Below, piece after piece: positions 8,419-17,284 of a DNA stretch of 20,479 nt. The stretch is from NCBI GenBank assembly GCA_033551855.1, contig JAWSUI010000061.1, positions 1 to 20,479 on the forward strand, read 5' to 3'. Made by a program: the position numbers and the translations under genes. The notes below the pieces were generated by a model. It made no database searches. It worked only from the letters and a program-made list of their open reading frames with translations, and was not told where the DNA came from. The DNA comes from Deferrisomatales bacterium (GTDB lineage Bacteria > Desulfobacterota > Deferrisomatia > Deferrisomatales > JACRMM01). Every line of letters begins with the position of its first letter. Position 1 is the stretch's first letter.

Positions 8419-8708
8419 ACGGACCGCCCATGCGCTTGCGCAGGCCGCGGCCTGGGGAAAGTCCTCCGCGATTCGAGCCCCTCGGGCAGCGGGCTCACGG
8501 CAGAGGTCGGTTCGAGCCGTGGGCCGCCGAGGGGCGATTCATCGGCCGAGGCGCGATCGGGGGTCGAGCCGTCGCCGACACCAGGGGGGTCACTCTGGCG
8601 CCCCGGAACGGTGGCTCCCATGGGCACGCGCCCTCCCACCGGCCGAAGGCTCCCGGCACGCTGTGGCTCCTCGATCCGGACTTCCGCCCTTCGCGGAAGG
8701 CGTCAGCC

Positions 8709-11504
8709 GTGACCCGGTTCCCCTCCGGTCTCGTGCCGGCCGTCTTGGTGGCCCTGACCCTCGCCTCCTGCACGCCCCACGTCGTGCTCGAGAACCTCCG
8801 GCAGGAGCTCGAAGCCCTTGCCGAGGCCCGTCGGCCCCTCACCCTGCCGGAGCCGTTCCGAGACTTCGCCGGGGCCATCCACGTCCACACCGAGCTCTCC
8901 CACGACAGCGAGGGCACCCTGGAGGAGATCGCGGCGGCGAGCCGCGCGGCGGGCAGCTCCTACGTGATCACGACCGACCACCACCACCCCCGGGTGTACG
9001 AGCGAGGGTTTCGGGGGTGGCTGGACGGGGTCCTGTTCGTCCGGGGCTCGGAGATCACCAAGGAGTGCCGCGGCCCGACGGGAGCCGGCTGCAACAGCCT
9101 GCTGGTCCTCGGGCTCGACGAGCCGGTGGAGAGGCACAGCATCCCCATGGAGGAGGTGATCCGGGACGTGAAGGCGCGGGGCGGGCTCGCCTTCGCCGCC
9201 CACCCGGACGGCTTTCGGAACTGGGATTCGCCCATCGACGGGATGGAGGTCTACGACATCCTCGACGACGCGGCGGAAGACCGCAGGAAGTGGCCCAAGT
9301 GGTTCCTGGACGTCCTCTATTCCTACCCCGAGTACCGGCGAGAAGTCTTCCTGGACATCCTCGACCCCCCCCACCGCGGGCTGGCGAGGTTCGACGAGAT
9401 CACGAGGACGCGGCGTATCACGGCCATCGCCGGCAACGACTCCCACCAGAACCTGAAGTTTCGCGGCTACGTGGCCGACCCGTACGACGTGACCCTGCGG
9501 TTCGTCCGAACCCACGTCCTGGCCCCCACCCTGGACGAGGAGCATCTGCTCGCCGCCCTCGTCGCCGGCCGGGCCTACTTCTCCTTCGACGGCCTCGTGG
9601 ACGCGACCGGGTTCGGCTACTGGGCGGAGGACGGGGGGCTCGCCGGGGTGATGGGGGACGAGGTCCTGGAGACGCCGACACTGGTCCTGCGGGTCCAGAC
9701 GCCGCTTCCCGGAAGGATCCGGGTGGTGCGGGGCGGGCAGGTGGTCCGAGAGGCCGTCGGCACCGACCTCTCCCTGGCGCCGTCGGGACCGGGTGCCTAT
9801 CGGGTGGAGGTGTCCCTCTTCGCGGCCCACCGGTGGTGGCCGTGGATCTACTCGAACCCGATCTACGTTCGGGAGGCCCGGGGACGGGAAGATGGTCCGG
9901 AAGCCCGGGGAGACGGGGACGCCGTGCTGGCCGGTGCCGCGGCTCGTCCGATCACCCCTGTCGACCCGGACGGCCGACTCTGGGCAGAGCCCTTCGTGGA
10001 CGCGAACGGAAACGGCCGCTACGACGCCCCCCATCCCCTGCGCCCCTGGGCCCACGCCGACCCCTTCACGGACCTCAACGGCAACGGCAAGTGGGACGGT
10101 CCCTTCCTGGCCGGGTTCAAGCACCGGGGAGACTACTACGTGGCGACGGGGGTCCACGACCCCCTGTGGGCGCGTGCCCTGGTCCTTCGCGCCGGCGGCG
10201 TGGGGGTCGCCCTGGTGGCCCTGGACCTGATCGGCCTCCTGCGCGAGGAAGTCCTGGCGATCCGGGAGTCTCTGGGGGATCTGGGCCTCGACTACGTGGT
10301 CGTGGCCTGCACCCACACCCACGCGGGGCCCGACTCCCTCGGGCTCTGGGGCCCCAACCCCCTGACCGACGGAAAGGACCCCCGGCTCCTGGACCACGTG
10401 CGCCGCCAGGCGGCGGCCGCGGTCCGCGAGGCGTCGGCGTCGGCGGTCCCGGTGCGCCTCACAGCGGCCGAGACCCGGTTCCCGAGGGAGTTCGGGGCCC
10501 TCATCCGGGACCGGCGAGACCCCATCGTGGTCGACGACCGGCTGGTGGTGCTTCGGGCCGAGGCGCTCACCGGCGAGACGGTGGCGATCCTGGTCAACGG
10601 CGCGGTGCACCCCGAGACCCTCGGGCAGGAGAGCGGGCTCCTGAGCTCTGACTTCCCCCACTTCCTGCGAGAGGGCCTGGAGCAGGGGGGGTTCGTGGCA
10701 GGGGGCGAGCTCGTTCCGGGATGGGGAGGGGTCGCCATCTACGTCAGCGGCGCCCTCGGGGGGCTCCTCACGACCCTGAGGACCCGGGTGAGCGACGAGG
10801 ACGGGCGGGTGCTGCCCCAGCGCTCCTTCGAGAAGACCCGGCGGATCGGGGAGCTCGGCGCCTGGGCCGTGACGCGGGCCCTTCGCGGGGCCGAGCCTGC
10901 CGACGTGGACGGCCTGGAAGTGGCGAGCCGGACGTTCTTCGTGCCCGTGGACAACCGCGCCCTCCGGCTCGCGAACGCCCTCGGCGTGATCCAGCGCACC
11001 ACCTACCGGAGGGGCCGGCCCGCCGGGGTATGGGGAAACGAGGTGGAGTCCGAGGCGGCGGTCCTCACCCTGAGGGGCGGGCGCGGCCCCGTGGCCCAGT
11101 TCCTCGCCGTCCCCGGGGAGGCCTTCCCCGAGCTCCTGATGGGGGGACACCTGGCGGGGGGGGAGGAGTGCTGGCAGACGACCGCCCGGAAGCTCGAGAT
11201 GGACGGCGTGGGCCGCGAGCGGGTGGGGGCCGCCCACCCCCGGGTCCCGCCGGAGACGCCGTGGTCGGCGCACACGAGGAGCCCGTTCACCTTCGTCGTC
11301 GGCCTGGCCAACGACGAGCTGGGCTACATCGTGCCGGCCAACGACTTCGTGTTTCCCCGGTACTTCCCCCGCCGCCGGTACGGCATCGACCGCTGCGGGG
11401 ACGGGATGCACTACGAGGAGACCCTCTCGGCGAGCTCCCGGCTGGCCCCGGCCTTGAGTGGGGTTCTGGCCGACCTGCTCGAAGGATCCAGGGGGACGCC
11501 GTGA
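8709..11504 (+). CDS. Lipoprotein: PHP metallohydrolase domain fused to a neutral/alkaline ceramidase-like domain (931 aa)
   Basis: Lipobox LASC. PHP motifs HVHT..SHDS, TDHH, AHP, GNDSH, WIYSNPI. Ceramidase-like motifs HDPLWARAL, THTHAGPD, HPE, SSDFP, GLANDELGY, YEE. Confidence 0.85.
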   Translation: MTRFPSGLVPAVLVALTLASCTPHVVLENLRQELEALAEARRPLTLPEPFRDFAGAIHVHTELSHDSEGTLEEIAAASRAAGSSYVITTDHHHPRVYERGFRGWLDGVLFVRGSEITKECRGPTGAGCNSLLVLGLDEPVERHSIPMEEVIRDVKARGGLAFAAHPDGFRNWDSPIDGMEVYDILDDAAEDRRKWPKWFLDVLYSYPEYRREVFLDILDPPHRGLARFDEITRTRRITAIAGNDSHQNLKFRGYVADPYDVTLRFVRTHVLAPTLDEEHLLAALVAGRAYFSFDGLVDATGFGYWAEDGGLAGVMGDEVLETPTLVLRVQTPLPGRIRVVRGGQVVREAVGTDLSLAPSGPGAYRVEVSLFAAHRWWPWIYSNPIYVREARGREDGPEARGDGDAVLAGAAARPITPVDPDGRLWAEPFVDANGNGRYDAPHPLRPWAHADPFTDLNGNGKWDGPFLAGFKHRGDYYVATGVHDPLWARALVLRAGGVGVALVALDLIGLLREEVLAIRESLGDLGLDYVVVACTHTHAGPDSLGLWGPNPLTDGKDPRLLDHVRRQAAAAVREASASAVPVRLTAAETRFPREFGALIRDRRDPIVVDDRLVVLRAEALTGETVAILVNGAVHPETLGQESGLLSSDFPHFLREGLEQGGFVAGGELVPGWGGVAIYVSGALGGLLTTLRTRVSDEDGRVLPQRSFEKTRRIGELGAWAVTRALRGAEPADVDGLEVASRTFFVPVDNRALRLANALGVIQRTTYRRGRPAGVWGNEVESEAAVLTLRGGRGPVAQFLAVPGEAFPELLMGGHLAGGEECWQTTARKLEMDGVGRERVGAAHPRVPPETPWSAHTRSPFTFVVGLANDELGYIVPANDFVFPRYFPRRRYGIDRCGDGMHYEETLSASSRLAPALSGVLADLLEGSRGTP
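9987..10097 (+). repeat. Two Dx[N]GNG Ca-binding-like peptide repeats
   Basis: EPFVDANGNGRYD and DPFTDLNGNGKWD. Confidence 0.6.
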
Positions 11505-11517
11505 GAGGGAGGCGCTG

Positions 11518-12852
11518 ATGCCCCCGGGGCGGCTACGCCCCGGCACGGCGGCGGCGCTCCTGAGTCTGTTCCTCGCCGGCTGCCTGCCCGTCGATCACAC
11601 GCCCCTGGACGAGCAACCCTTCTACCGCACGGCCCGCCGGGCGCTGGGGGAGACGGCGGCGCCGGAGGCCGTCGTGGGCCCGCTGTGGGCGGGGGCGGCC
11701 CGGGTGGAGGTTGCGCCCCCCGCCGGCGGTCCCCTGGGCGGACACGGGGGGCGAAGGGCGGCCGGCGTCCACGATCCCGTCTTCGCGAGGGCCCTGGTCC
11801 TGGCCAACGGGCACACCACGGTGGCCCTCGTCTCGGTGGACCTGCTGCTCGTCACTGGGCATCTGACGGGGGCGGTGGGCCGCGCTGTCGAGGGGATGGT
11901 CCCCGTCGCCGCCGACGCGGTGATGATCGCCGCCACCCACACCCACTCCGGCCCGGGGGGGCTCGGCCGCCGGGTCTGGGAGCGGGTGGCCGCGGGGCGC
12001 TTCGACCGCGAGTTCTTCGACAGCACGGTGGAGCGGATGGCGCAGGCGGTGGCCGAGGCACACCGCCGGCTCGAGCCCGTCCGGCTCAGCCGACGGCGGT
12101 TCGACGCGCCGGACCTGATTGCGAACCGGATGGTGCGGGGAGGCGTGGTGGACTCTGAGGTGGCCGTCCTCGTTCTCGAGGCCCGGGAGGCCGCCCGCAA
12201 GATCTACGTCGTGAACTTCGCGGCCCACCCGACGGTGCTGGGCAAGGACAACCGCCTCGTTTCGGGCGATTTCCCCGGATTCCTCTGCCGGGCTCTCGAG
12301 GAGGGGGAGGACGCCGTGGCGCTCTACCTCGCCGGCGCCGTGGCGGACCAGAGGCCGACGCCGCCCGGCGACCCGGACCCCTTCCGGAGGGCCGAGCGGA
12401 TGGGGAAGCTCCTGGCGGAGCGCGTCCGGGCCGCACCGCCCCTGGCTCCCCCCCGGGACCGGGCGGCGCTCTGGTCCCGAAGAGTGGCGCTCCCCCTGCC
12501 GCCCCCGCAGGTGAAGGTGACCGCGACCCGCCGCCTGCCCTCCTGGATCGGCGCCCTCTTCCTGGACCCGGCCACGAACCTCCACGTGCTCAGTGTGGAC
12601 TCGATCCTCCTGGCCGGGGTCCCCGCGGAGGTGGGAGTGGAGGTGGGGCTGGAGTGGAAGTCCGCGGCCCGGGCCGCGGGCCGGGAGCTTCTCGTGGTCG
12701 GCTTCGCCAACGACTACATCGGCTACGTGATGCCCGCGCACCGCTACGCCGCGCCGGCCTACGAGGCGAGAATGGCGTTCCACGGTCCCCACGTCGCCGA
12801 GTACCTGGGACGGTTTCTGGCGCCCCTGACGGGCTCGGGAGCCGCCCCGTGA
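11518..12852 (+). CDS. Neutral/alkaline ceramidase-like lipoprotein
   Basis: GGAGG RBS. Lipobox LAGC. HDPVFARAL, THTHSGPG, NFAAHPT, SGDFPG, PAE, GFANDYIGY, YEA. Confidence 0.85.
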   Translation: MPPGRLRPGTAAALLSLFLAGCLPVDHTPLDEQPFYRTARRALGETAAPEAVVGPLWAGAARVEVAPPAGGPLGGHGGRRAAGVHDPVFARALVLANGHTTVALVSVDLLLVTGHLTGAVGRAVEGMVPVAADAVMIAATHTHSGPGGLGRRVWERVAAGRFDREFFDSTVERMAQAVAEAHRRLEPVRLSRRRFDAPDLIANRMVRGGVVDSEVAVLVLEAREAARKIYVVNFAAHPTVLGKDNRLVSGDFPGFLCRALEEGEDAVALYLAGAVADQRPTPPGDPDPFRRAERMGKLLAERVRAAPPLAPPRDRAALWSRRVALPLPPPQVKVTATRRLPSWIGALFLDPATNLHVLSVDSILLAGVPAEVGVEVGLEWKSAARAAGRELLVVGFANDYIGYVMPAHRYAAPAYEARMAFHGPHVAEYLGRFLAPLTGSGAAP

Positions 12853-12911
12853 CGGCTCGGCCCCCCCGCCGCCCGCGAGGCGCGCGCGACCCGACCCCGG
12901 CGGAGGACGCC

Positions 12912-13997
12912 GTGAGGCCCCCCGGCCGGCTCCTCGCGATCGCCTGCCTCCTTCTCGCGATGGCGTCCCTCGCCGCCCTGGGATGCCGGTACCGGGGTGA
13001 GGGTGGAGTGTCGGCCGCCGAGCTCTCCGGGCCGATCCCCTGGCCCGAGGGCTTCGATCCGCGGGAATACTTCGCCCCGGTGCCCGTCGACGAGGGGCCG
13101 GAGGAATTCCGGGAGGGGCGGGGGGGTGGGCGCCGGGAACAGGAGCTGCGCTTCCCCGGCTACCGGGCCCGGTATACCGTATCCGCCGGCGCGCAACGGG
13201 ACGCCCCGGTCCCGGCGGCGGTGATCCTCCCCATCAGCAAGGGGGACTCCCAGGCGGGCGCCGTCGCCGACTTTCTCGTAGCCCACGGTTTCGCGTGCCT
13301 GCGGATGATCACTCCGAGGGAGATCCTCGCCGTGGGCGGGGAGACGGACGCCGTCGACGAGTTCCGCAGCCGGTTCCGGACCTACGTGGCAGCGGTCCTG
13401 GCGGGGGTGGAGTGGCTGGCGGCGCGCCCCGAGGTCGACCCGGAGCGCCTGGGGCTCGTCGGCATCAGCTTCGGGGCCATCGCCGGGGTGGTGGTGAGCG
13501 GCGCCGAGCCTCGAATCCGCGCGGCTGCCCTCCTGCTGGGGGGAGGCGACCTCGCCGGGATCTTCCTCTCCTCGGAGGAACGGCTCGTGCTCCGGCTCCG
13601 GGAGCGGATGGCCGAGTCGGAGGGGACCTCCGGCCCGGAGCTGGAACGTTGCCTCCGGGAGGCGCTCCTCCCCTTGGAGCCGCTTCTCTATGCGCCCCGG
13701 CTGGACCCCGAGCGTGTGCTCCTCGTGAACGCCGCGTTCGACCGGGTGATCCCGCGGCGCCACACCCTGGCCCTGTGGGTGGCCCTGGGAAGGCCCCGCC
13801 TCTACCTCGTCCCGGCGGGGCACTACTCGGCGATCGCCTTCCTCCCGTATGCCAACCGCCTCACCTTGCTCCACCTGCAACGGTCGCTGGCACCCTTCGG
13901 GGCGGTTACGAGGGAGCGGAGCGCGCGGCCGTCGTGGGTCGGCGCCGCCTGGCGTGATCCTCGCTCCTCGCCGCGGAGCGGTCATCGTTTCTGGTGA
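12912..13997 (+). CDS. Alpha/beta-hydrolase lipoprotein (alternative start 12849)
   Basis: GGAGG RBS before GTG 12912. Lipobox ALGC. VDPERLGLVGISFG nucleophile elbow, FDRVIP (Asp), AGHY (His). Confidence 0.82.
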   Translation: MRPPGRLLAIACLLLAMASLAALGCRYRGEGGVSAAELSGPIPWPEGFDPREYFAPVPVDEGPEEFREGRGGGRREQELRFPGYRARYTVSAGAQRDAPVPAAVILPISKGDSQAGAVADFLVAHGFACLRMITPREILAVGGETDAVDEFRSRFRTYVAAVLAGVEWLAARPEVDPERLGLVGISFGAIAGVVVSGAEPRIRAAALLLGGGDLAGIFLSSEERLVLRLRERMAESEGTSGPELERCLREALLPLEPLLYAPRLDPERVLLVNAAFDRVIPRRHTLALWVALGRPRLYLVPAGHYSAIAFLPYANRLTLLHLQRSLAPFGAVTRERSARPSWVGAAWRDPRSSPRSGHRFW

Positions 13998-14146
13998 TCC
14001 CGGCCCAGGAAATGGGGCCGGCGGAGGGGGACCCTCGTGCGGAGGCGTTGCCGGCTTCCCAGGGGGAGAGTCATACATCAAACCGCATAGCCGCGTGGGA
14101 GCTCCGACGGGCCCGCCCAAGGTTCATCGGTCGTCATTCCGACGCT

Positions 14147-14217
14147 TCACCCCGGTGGGGACCGGGGCGGAGACCACCACGCGAGCGGTCTGGACTCCGG
14201 CTTCCGCCGGGGTGACG
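14147..14217. repeat. REP-like inverted doublet
   Basis: TCACCCCGGTGGGGACCGGGGC (14147-14168) faces CTGGACTCCGGCTTCCGCCGGGGTGACG (14190-14217). A truncated CGTCATTCCG unit lies at 14132. Confidence 0.6.
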
Positions 14218-14675
14218 AAAAAGCCACTCGGACTTCTGCATTGGAGGAGTCGTCTCCGGCCATGCCCGGACAAGCCCGATTGGACGGGCCCGGTACCCTT
14301 CCCTCACGGAGCGGCCGGGGCCGTCGATCGGTGACGATCGTCCAGGCGGGGTGCGGCTCCCCTGCCCCCCATGCCCTCGCGTCGGGTCGCCCTCGACGAC
14401 CTCGGGCGGTTCGCGGTGGGCGGCAGGGGCATGGCGCTCAACCCCGACCCCACGCGGTTCCATCTCAGCAGGTTCCTGGTACCTTGTGGGCGGCCGCGGA
14501 GGTGTTCTTCCCCTGGAGCCTTCTGCCCCGGCCGGCCGCGAAGGGACGGGAAGGTGCGCCCCGACCGTCGGGGCGAGACTGCCGAGGGCCTCCTCGCTCG
14601 GAGGGTTCGGGTCCACCCGTCTACCACAGGGGCCGGTCGCGCACGGCGCGGCGGGTCGAAGGGAGGAACGTTTCC

Positions 14676-15494
14676 ATGAAGGACTACCTCGCCCGGGACT
14701 TCGAGGATCTCCTGGTGGAGCAGAACCTCCCCCTGCTCTGGGTGACGCTCAACCGGCCCCAGCACGCCAACGCCTTCTCCGACGAGATGATCACCGAGCT
14801 TTGCGGGCTGCTGCGGGAGGCGGACTGGGACGACGACGTCCGCGTCATCATCCTCTCCGGGGCGGGCAAGGCGTTCTGCGCCGGCGGCGACGTGAAGGCC
14901 ATGGAGGAGAAGAGCGGCATGTTCGCGGGCGACCCGGAGGGTCTGCGGCGCCGCTACACCCGGGGCATCCAGCAGATCCCGCTCACCATGGAGGCCCTGC
15001 AGACACCGGTGGTCGCCATGGTGAACGGCGCAGCGATCGGCGCCGGCTGCGACCTCGCCTGCATGTGCGACGTCCGCGTGGGGTGCGAGCACTCGCGCTT
15101 CGGGGAAACCTTCGCCAAGCTGGCCTTGGTGCCCGGGGACGGGGGCACCTTCTTCCTGCAGCGGGTCGTGGGGTATGCCAAGGCGATGGAGCTCTCGCTC
15201 ACCGGCCGGATCGTGGAGGCGGAGGAGGCCTTGCGGATCGGCCTCCTGAGCTCCCTCGTGGAGGAGGACGCCCTGCGTCGGGTGACCGAGGCCCTGGCCC
15301 GGGACATCGCGGCCAACAGCCCCGTGGCAGTCTCCATGATCAAGAAGGCCATCCGCCAGGCCCGGACCGCGGAGATCAGCGGACACCTCGATCTCCTGGC
15401 CGCCTTTCAGGGGATTACCCAGCGCACCGAAGACCACTTCGAGGGGGTGCGGGCCCTCAAGGAAAAGCGGCCGCCGCGCTTCAAGGGGAGCTGA
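14676..15494 (+). CDS. Enoyl-CoA hydratase/isomerase (crotonase) family protein
   Basis: GGAGG RBS. TLNRP, AFCAGGDV, VNGAAIGAG, LVPGDGG, DHFEGVRA..EKRPPRFKG. Confidence 0.92.
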   Translation: MKDYLARDFEDLLVEQNLPLLWVTLNRPQHANAFSDEMITELCGLLREADWDDDVRVIILSGAGKAFCAGGDVKAMEEKSGMFAGDPEGLRRRYTRGIQQIPLTMEALQTPVVAMVNGAAIGAGCDLACMCDVRVGCEHSRFGETFAKLALVPGDGGTFFLQRVVGYAKAMELSLTGRIVEAEEALRIGLLSSLVEEDALRRVTEALARDIAANSPVAVSMIKKAIRQARTAEISGHLDLLAAFQGITQRTEDHFEGVRALKEKRPPRFKGS

Positions 15495-15519
15495 GAGGCG
15501 CCGCCGCGCCCCGGGCGCC

Positions 15520-15585
15520 CCCTTCGAACACGAACCACAGCGACAGGAGCAACACCCCCACGACCACGCGGAAGGCGCGGTCCGC
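15520..15585 (-). pseudogene. Short fragment resembling DUF2892/YgaP membrane proteins
   Basis: ADRAFRVVVGVLLLSLWFVFEG, with no start codon or normal continuation. Confidence 0.35.
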
Positions 15586-15628
15586 CAGCAGTGGGAATCC
15601 GGCAGCGGGGGGCCCAGCCGCCCACCCG

Positions 15629-15830
15629 TCAGGGCCCGAGGCTGCGAATTTCCTCCAAGAGGCGCTCGTTGTCGGGCATCCCCCGCATCACGTGCCGCAC
15701 CCGCCCTTCCCTGTCGATCACGAAGGTGATGCGGCTCCGGCCCCCACCGGGAGGCGAGCGCCCCCGCGGGGTCGGAGAGGAGGGGGGAGGCCAACCCGAG
15801 CTCCCGGGCGAAGCGGCGGCTCACGTCGAG
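15629..15830 (-). pseudogene. Decayed second copy of the peroxiredoxin 3' half
   Basis: LDVSRRFARELGLASPLLSDPAGALASRWG / RSRITFVIDREGRVRHVMRGMPDNERLLEEIRSLGP*. +1 frameshift in the C5 run at 15741-15745. Same stop context as 7156-7180. Confidence 0.85.
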
Positions 15831-16014
15831 CGGCCGTCCGCCTACGTGGTCAGGCCCACCCGATCGTCCCTGGACACGAGTACTCGGTCATTTCCCGGAT
15901 GATCCTGATTTTTGCGCCTCGGTCGATGCGGGTCGCGGCTACACCCCAGGCCTCCCCGATCCCGAGCAGCGCGTGGGGGCGGATCCGGGGCGCCCGCCGC
16001 CGGCGGCTGACGTG

Positions 16015-16041
16015 CGAGGGGCCCCCAGCGGGGGCCCCTCG
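16015..16041 (-). terminator. Hairpin after the multicopper oxidase pair
   Basis: Perfect 12-bp stem CGAGGGGCCCCC-AGC-GGGGGCCCCTCG about 10 bp after the stop. No U-tract. Confidence 0.55.
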
Positions 16042-16050
16042 AGAGTCGGG

Positions 16051-17226
16051 TCAGCCCGTCACGGTGATGGACGTCTGTGCCGTGTAGAGGAGGCGGCCGG
16101 TGATCGGGTCGAGGAACCTCACCATCGCAGGGTATTCCCCGGGGGCCGTCGGCCGGATCAGGAGGTCCCACCGCATGGCCGAGGCGTGCACGAACGGGGT
16201 CCCCGCCGGGAGGGCGAAGGGCCTCGAGTACTGTTCGAAGGGGGGCATCCCGAGGGCGCGGCCGTCCATGGCGATCACCTCGGCGTCGGTCCCGAGGGTG
16301 ATCTCGTGCATGACGTAGTCCGCGGACGCGACCCGGACGAGCAGGGACTGCCCGACCCCGACGGTGGGCGCCACGACCGGCCCGAAGAGCGGGTGGTCCG
16401 AGGCGGTGATGGGCCGGAGGTCGTTGAACCGCCGGGGGATTCCCGTCCAGACGAAGATGTCGGGGCGGAAGTCATTCAGGAAGCCGTCCTGGGTGAAGGT
16501 GTCCGGGTCGACCGGGTCGTCCTCGTCGCAGTCCTGCATGAAGGCCATGTGGCCCAGGCTGTGCCACTCGCTGTCGATGGAGTCGAGGGCCCAGAGGGCC
16601 TCGACGTCGTAGCGCACCGCGTGGTCGGTGCGGACCACGGCGTCGGGGTTGAACATGGCTGCGAAGCCCGGGCCCCCGGTGGGGTAGGTCTGCATCCGGT
16701 CCGGTTCGTCCGGGTCCGGGGGGTCGACGATCAGGAAGCCGTAGAGCCCCATCTCGAAGTGGAGCGGGGTGTTGACGTGGCAGTGGTAGAAGTAGGTCCC
16801 GGCATCCCGGGGCTGGAACTGGTAGACGAAGCTCCCGGTCACCTCGAAGGAGAGCTTCCCCACCCCGTCGTTCATCGGCGAGACCTCGATGCCGTGCCAG
16901 TGGATGGTGTGGGGCCCCCCCGAGGCGTTCACGGTTGCGTGGACGAGGGCTCCCTGGGGGATGCGCAGGGTCTTGGAGGGGAAGTTCCTGCCTTCGTCGG
17001 TGTCGTCCTGCCGGTCCCGGATGACCCACATGCGCACCTGTCCCCCGTCGGGCAGGTCCAGGTCGAAGGTGTCGATGAGTTCTAGGTCGAATTCGACGTC
17101 GGGGGGGAAGATCAAGTCGACCCCGTCCTTGAAGTCGCTGTCTTCGGTCGGCGGGCAGGAGAACTTGTGGAACTTGGGAAGGTCCTCGGGGTGCATCTCC
17201 CCGCGGGGGATCACGGTCAGGGCCAT
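16051..17226 (-). CDS. Multicopper oxidase-like protein B (391 aa, no signal peptide)
   Basis: GAGGAGG RBS, ATG at 17226. HTIHWHG and YFYHCHVNTPLHFEMGLYG in the N-terminal domain. Confidence 0.88.
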   Translation of the reverse strand: MALTVIPRGEMHPEDLPKFHKFSCPPTEDSDFKDGVDLIFPPDVEFDLELIDTFDLDLPDGGQVRMWVIRDRQDDTDEGRNFPSKTLRIPQGALVHATVNASGGPHTIHWHGIEVSPMNDGVGKLSFEVTGSFVYQFQPRDAGTYFYHCHVNTPLHFEMGLYGFLIVDPPDPDEPDRMQTYPTGGPGFAAMFNPDAVVRTDHAVRYDVEALWALDSIDSEWHSLGHMAFMQDCDEDDPVDPDTFTQDGFLNDFRPDIFVWTGIPRRFNDLRPITASDHPLFGPVVAPTVGVGQSLLVRVASADYVMHEITLGTDAEVIAMDGRALGMPPFEQYSRPFALPAGTPFVHASAMRWDLLIRPTAPGEYPAMVRFLDPITGRLLYTAQTSITVTG

Positions 17227-17284
17227 GGGGATCCTCCTCTCGTCGGTATCGGTCGGCGGGCTCGGCCGGCGGCCGAGCTCCGGC

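Noticed and set aside
8148..8708. N-terminal extension of the 1118-aa ORF
   Set aside because: Low-complexity Arg/Pro/Gly sequence overlapping pfpI. The signal peptide and lipobox start at GTG 8709.
10541..10548. GCTGGTGG (E. coli Chi) given nearby recBD
   Set aside because: Expected by chance in Leu-Val codons, and Chi is lineage-specific.
8703..11546. 947-aa minus-strand ORF and the many other long overlapping ORFs
   Set aside because: Antisense or frame shadows of real genes in very GC-rich DNA, with no recognisable motifs.
15855..15960. HPIVPGHE (Zn-ADH-like) on plus strand and GVAATRIDRGAKIRIIREMTEY on minus strand
   Set aside because: Too short to assign. May be further gene debris.
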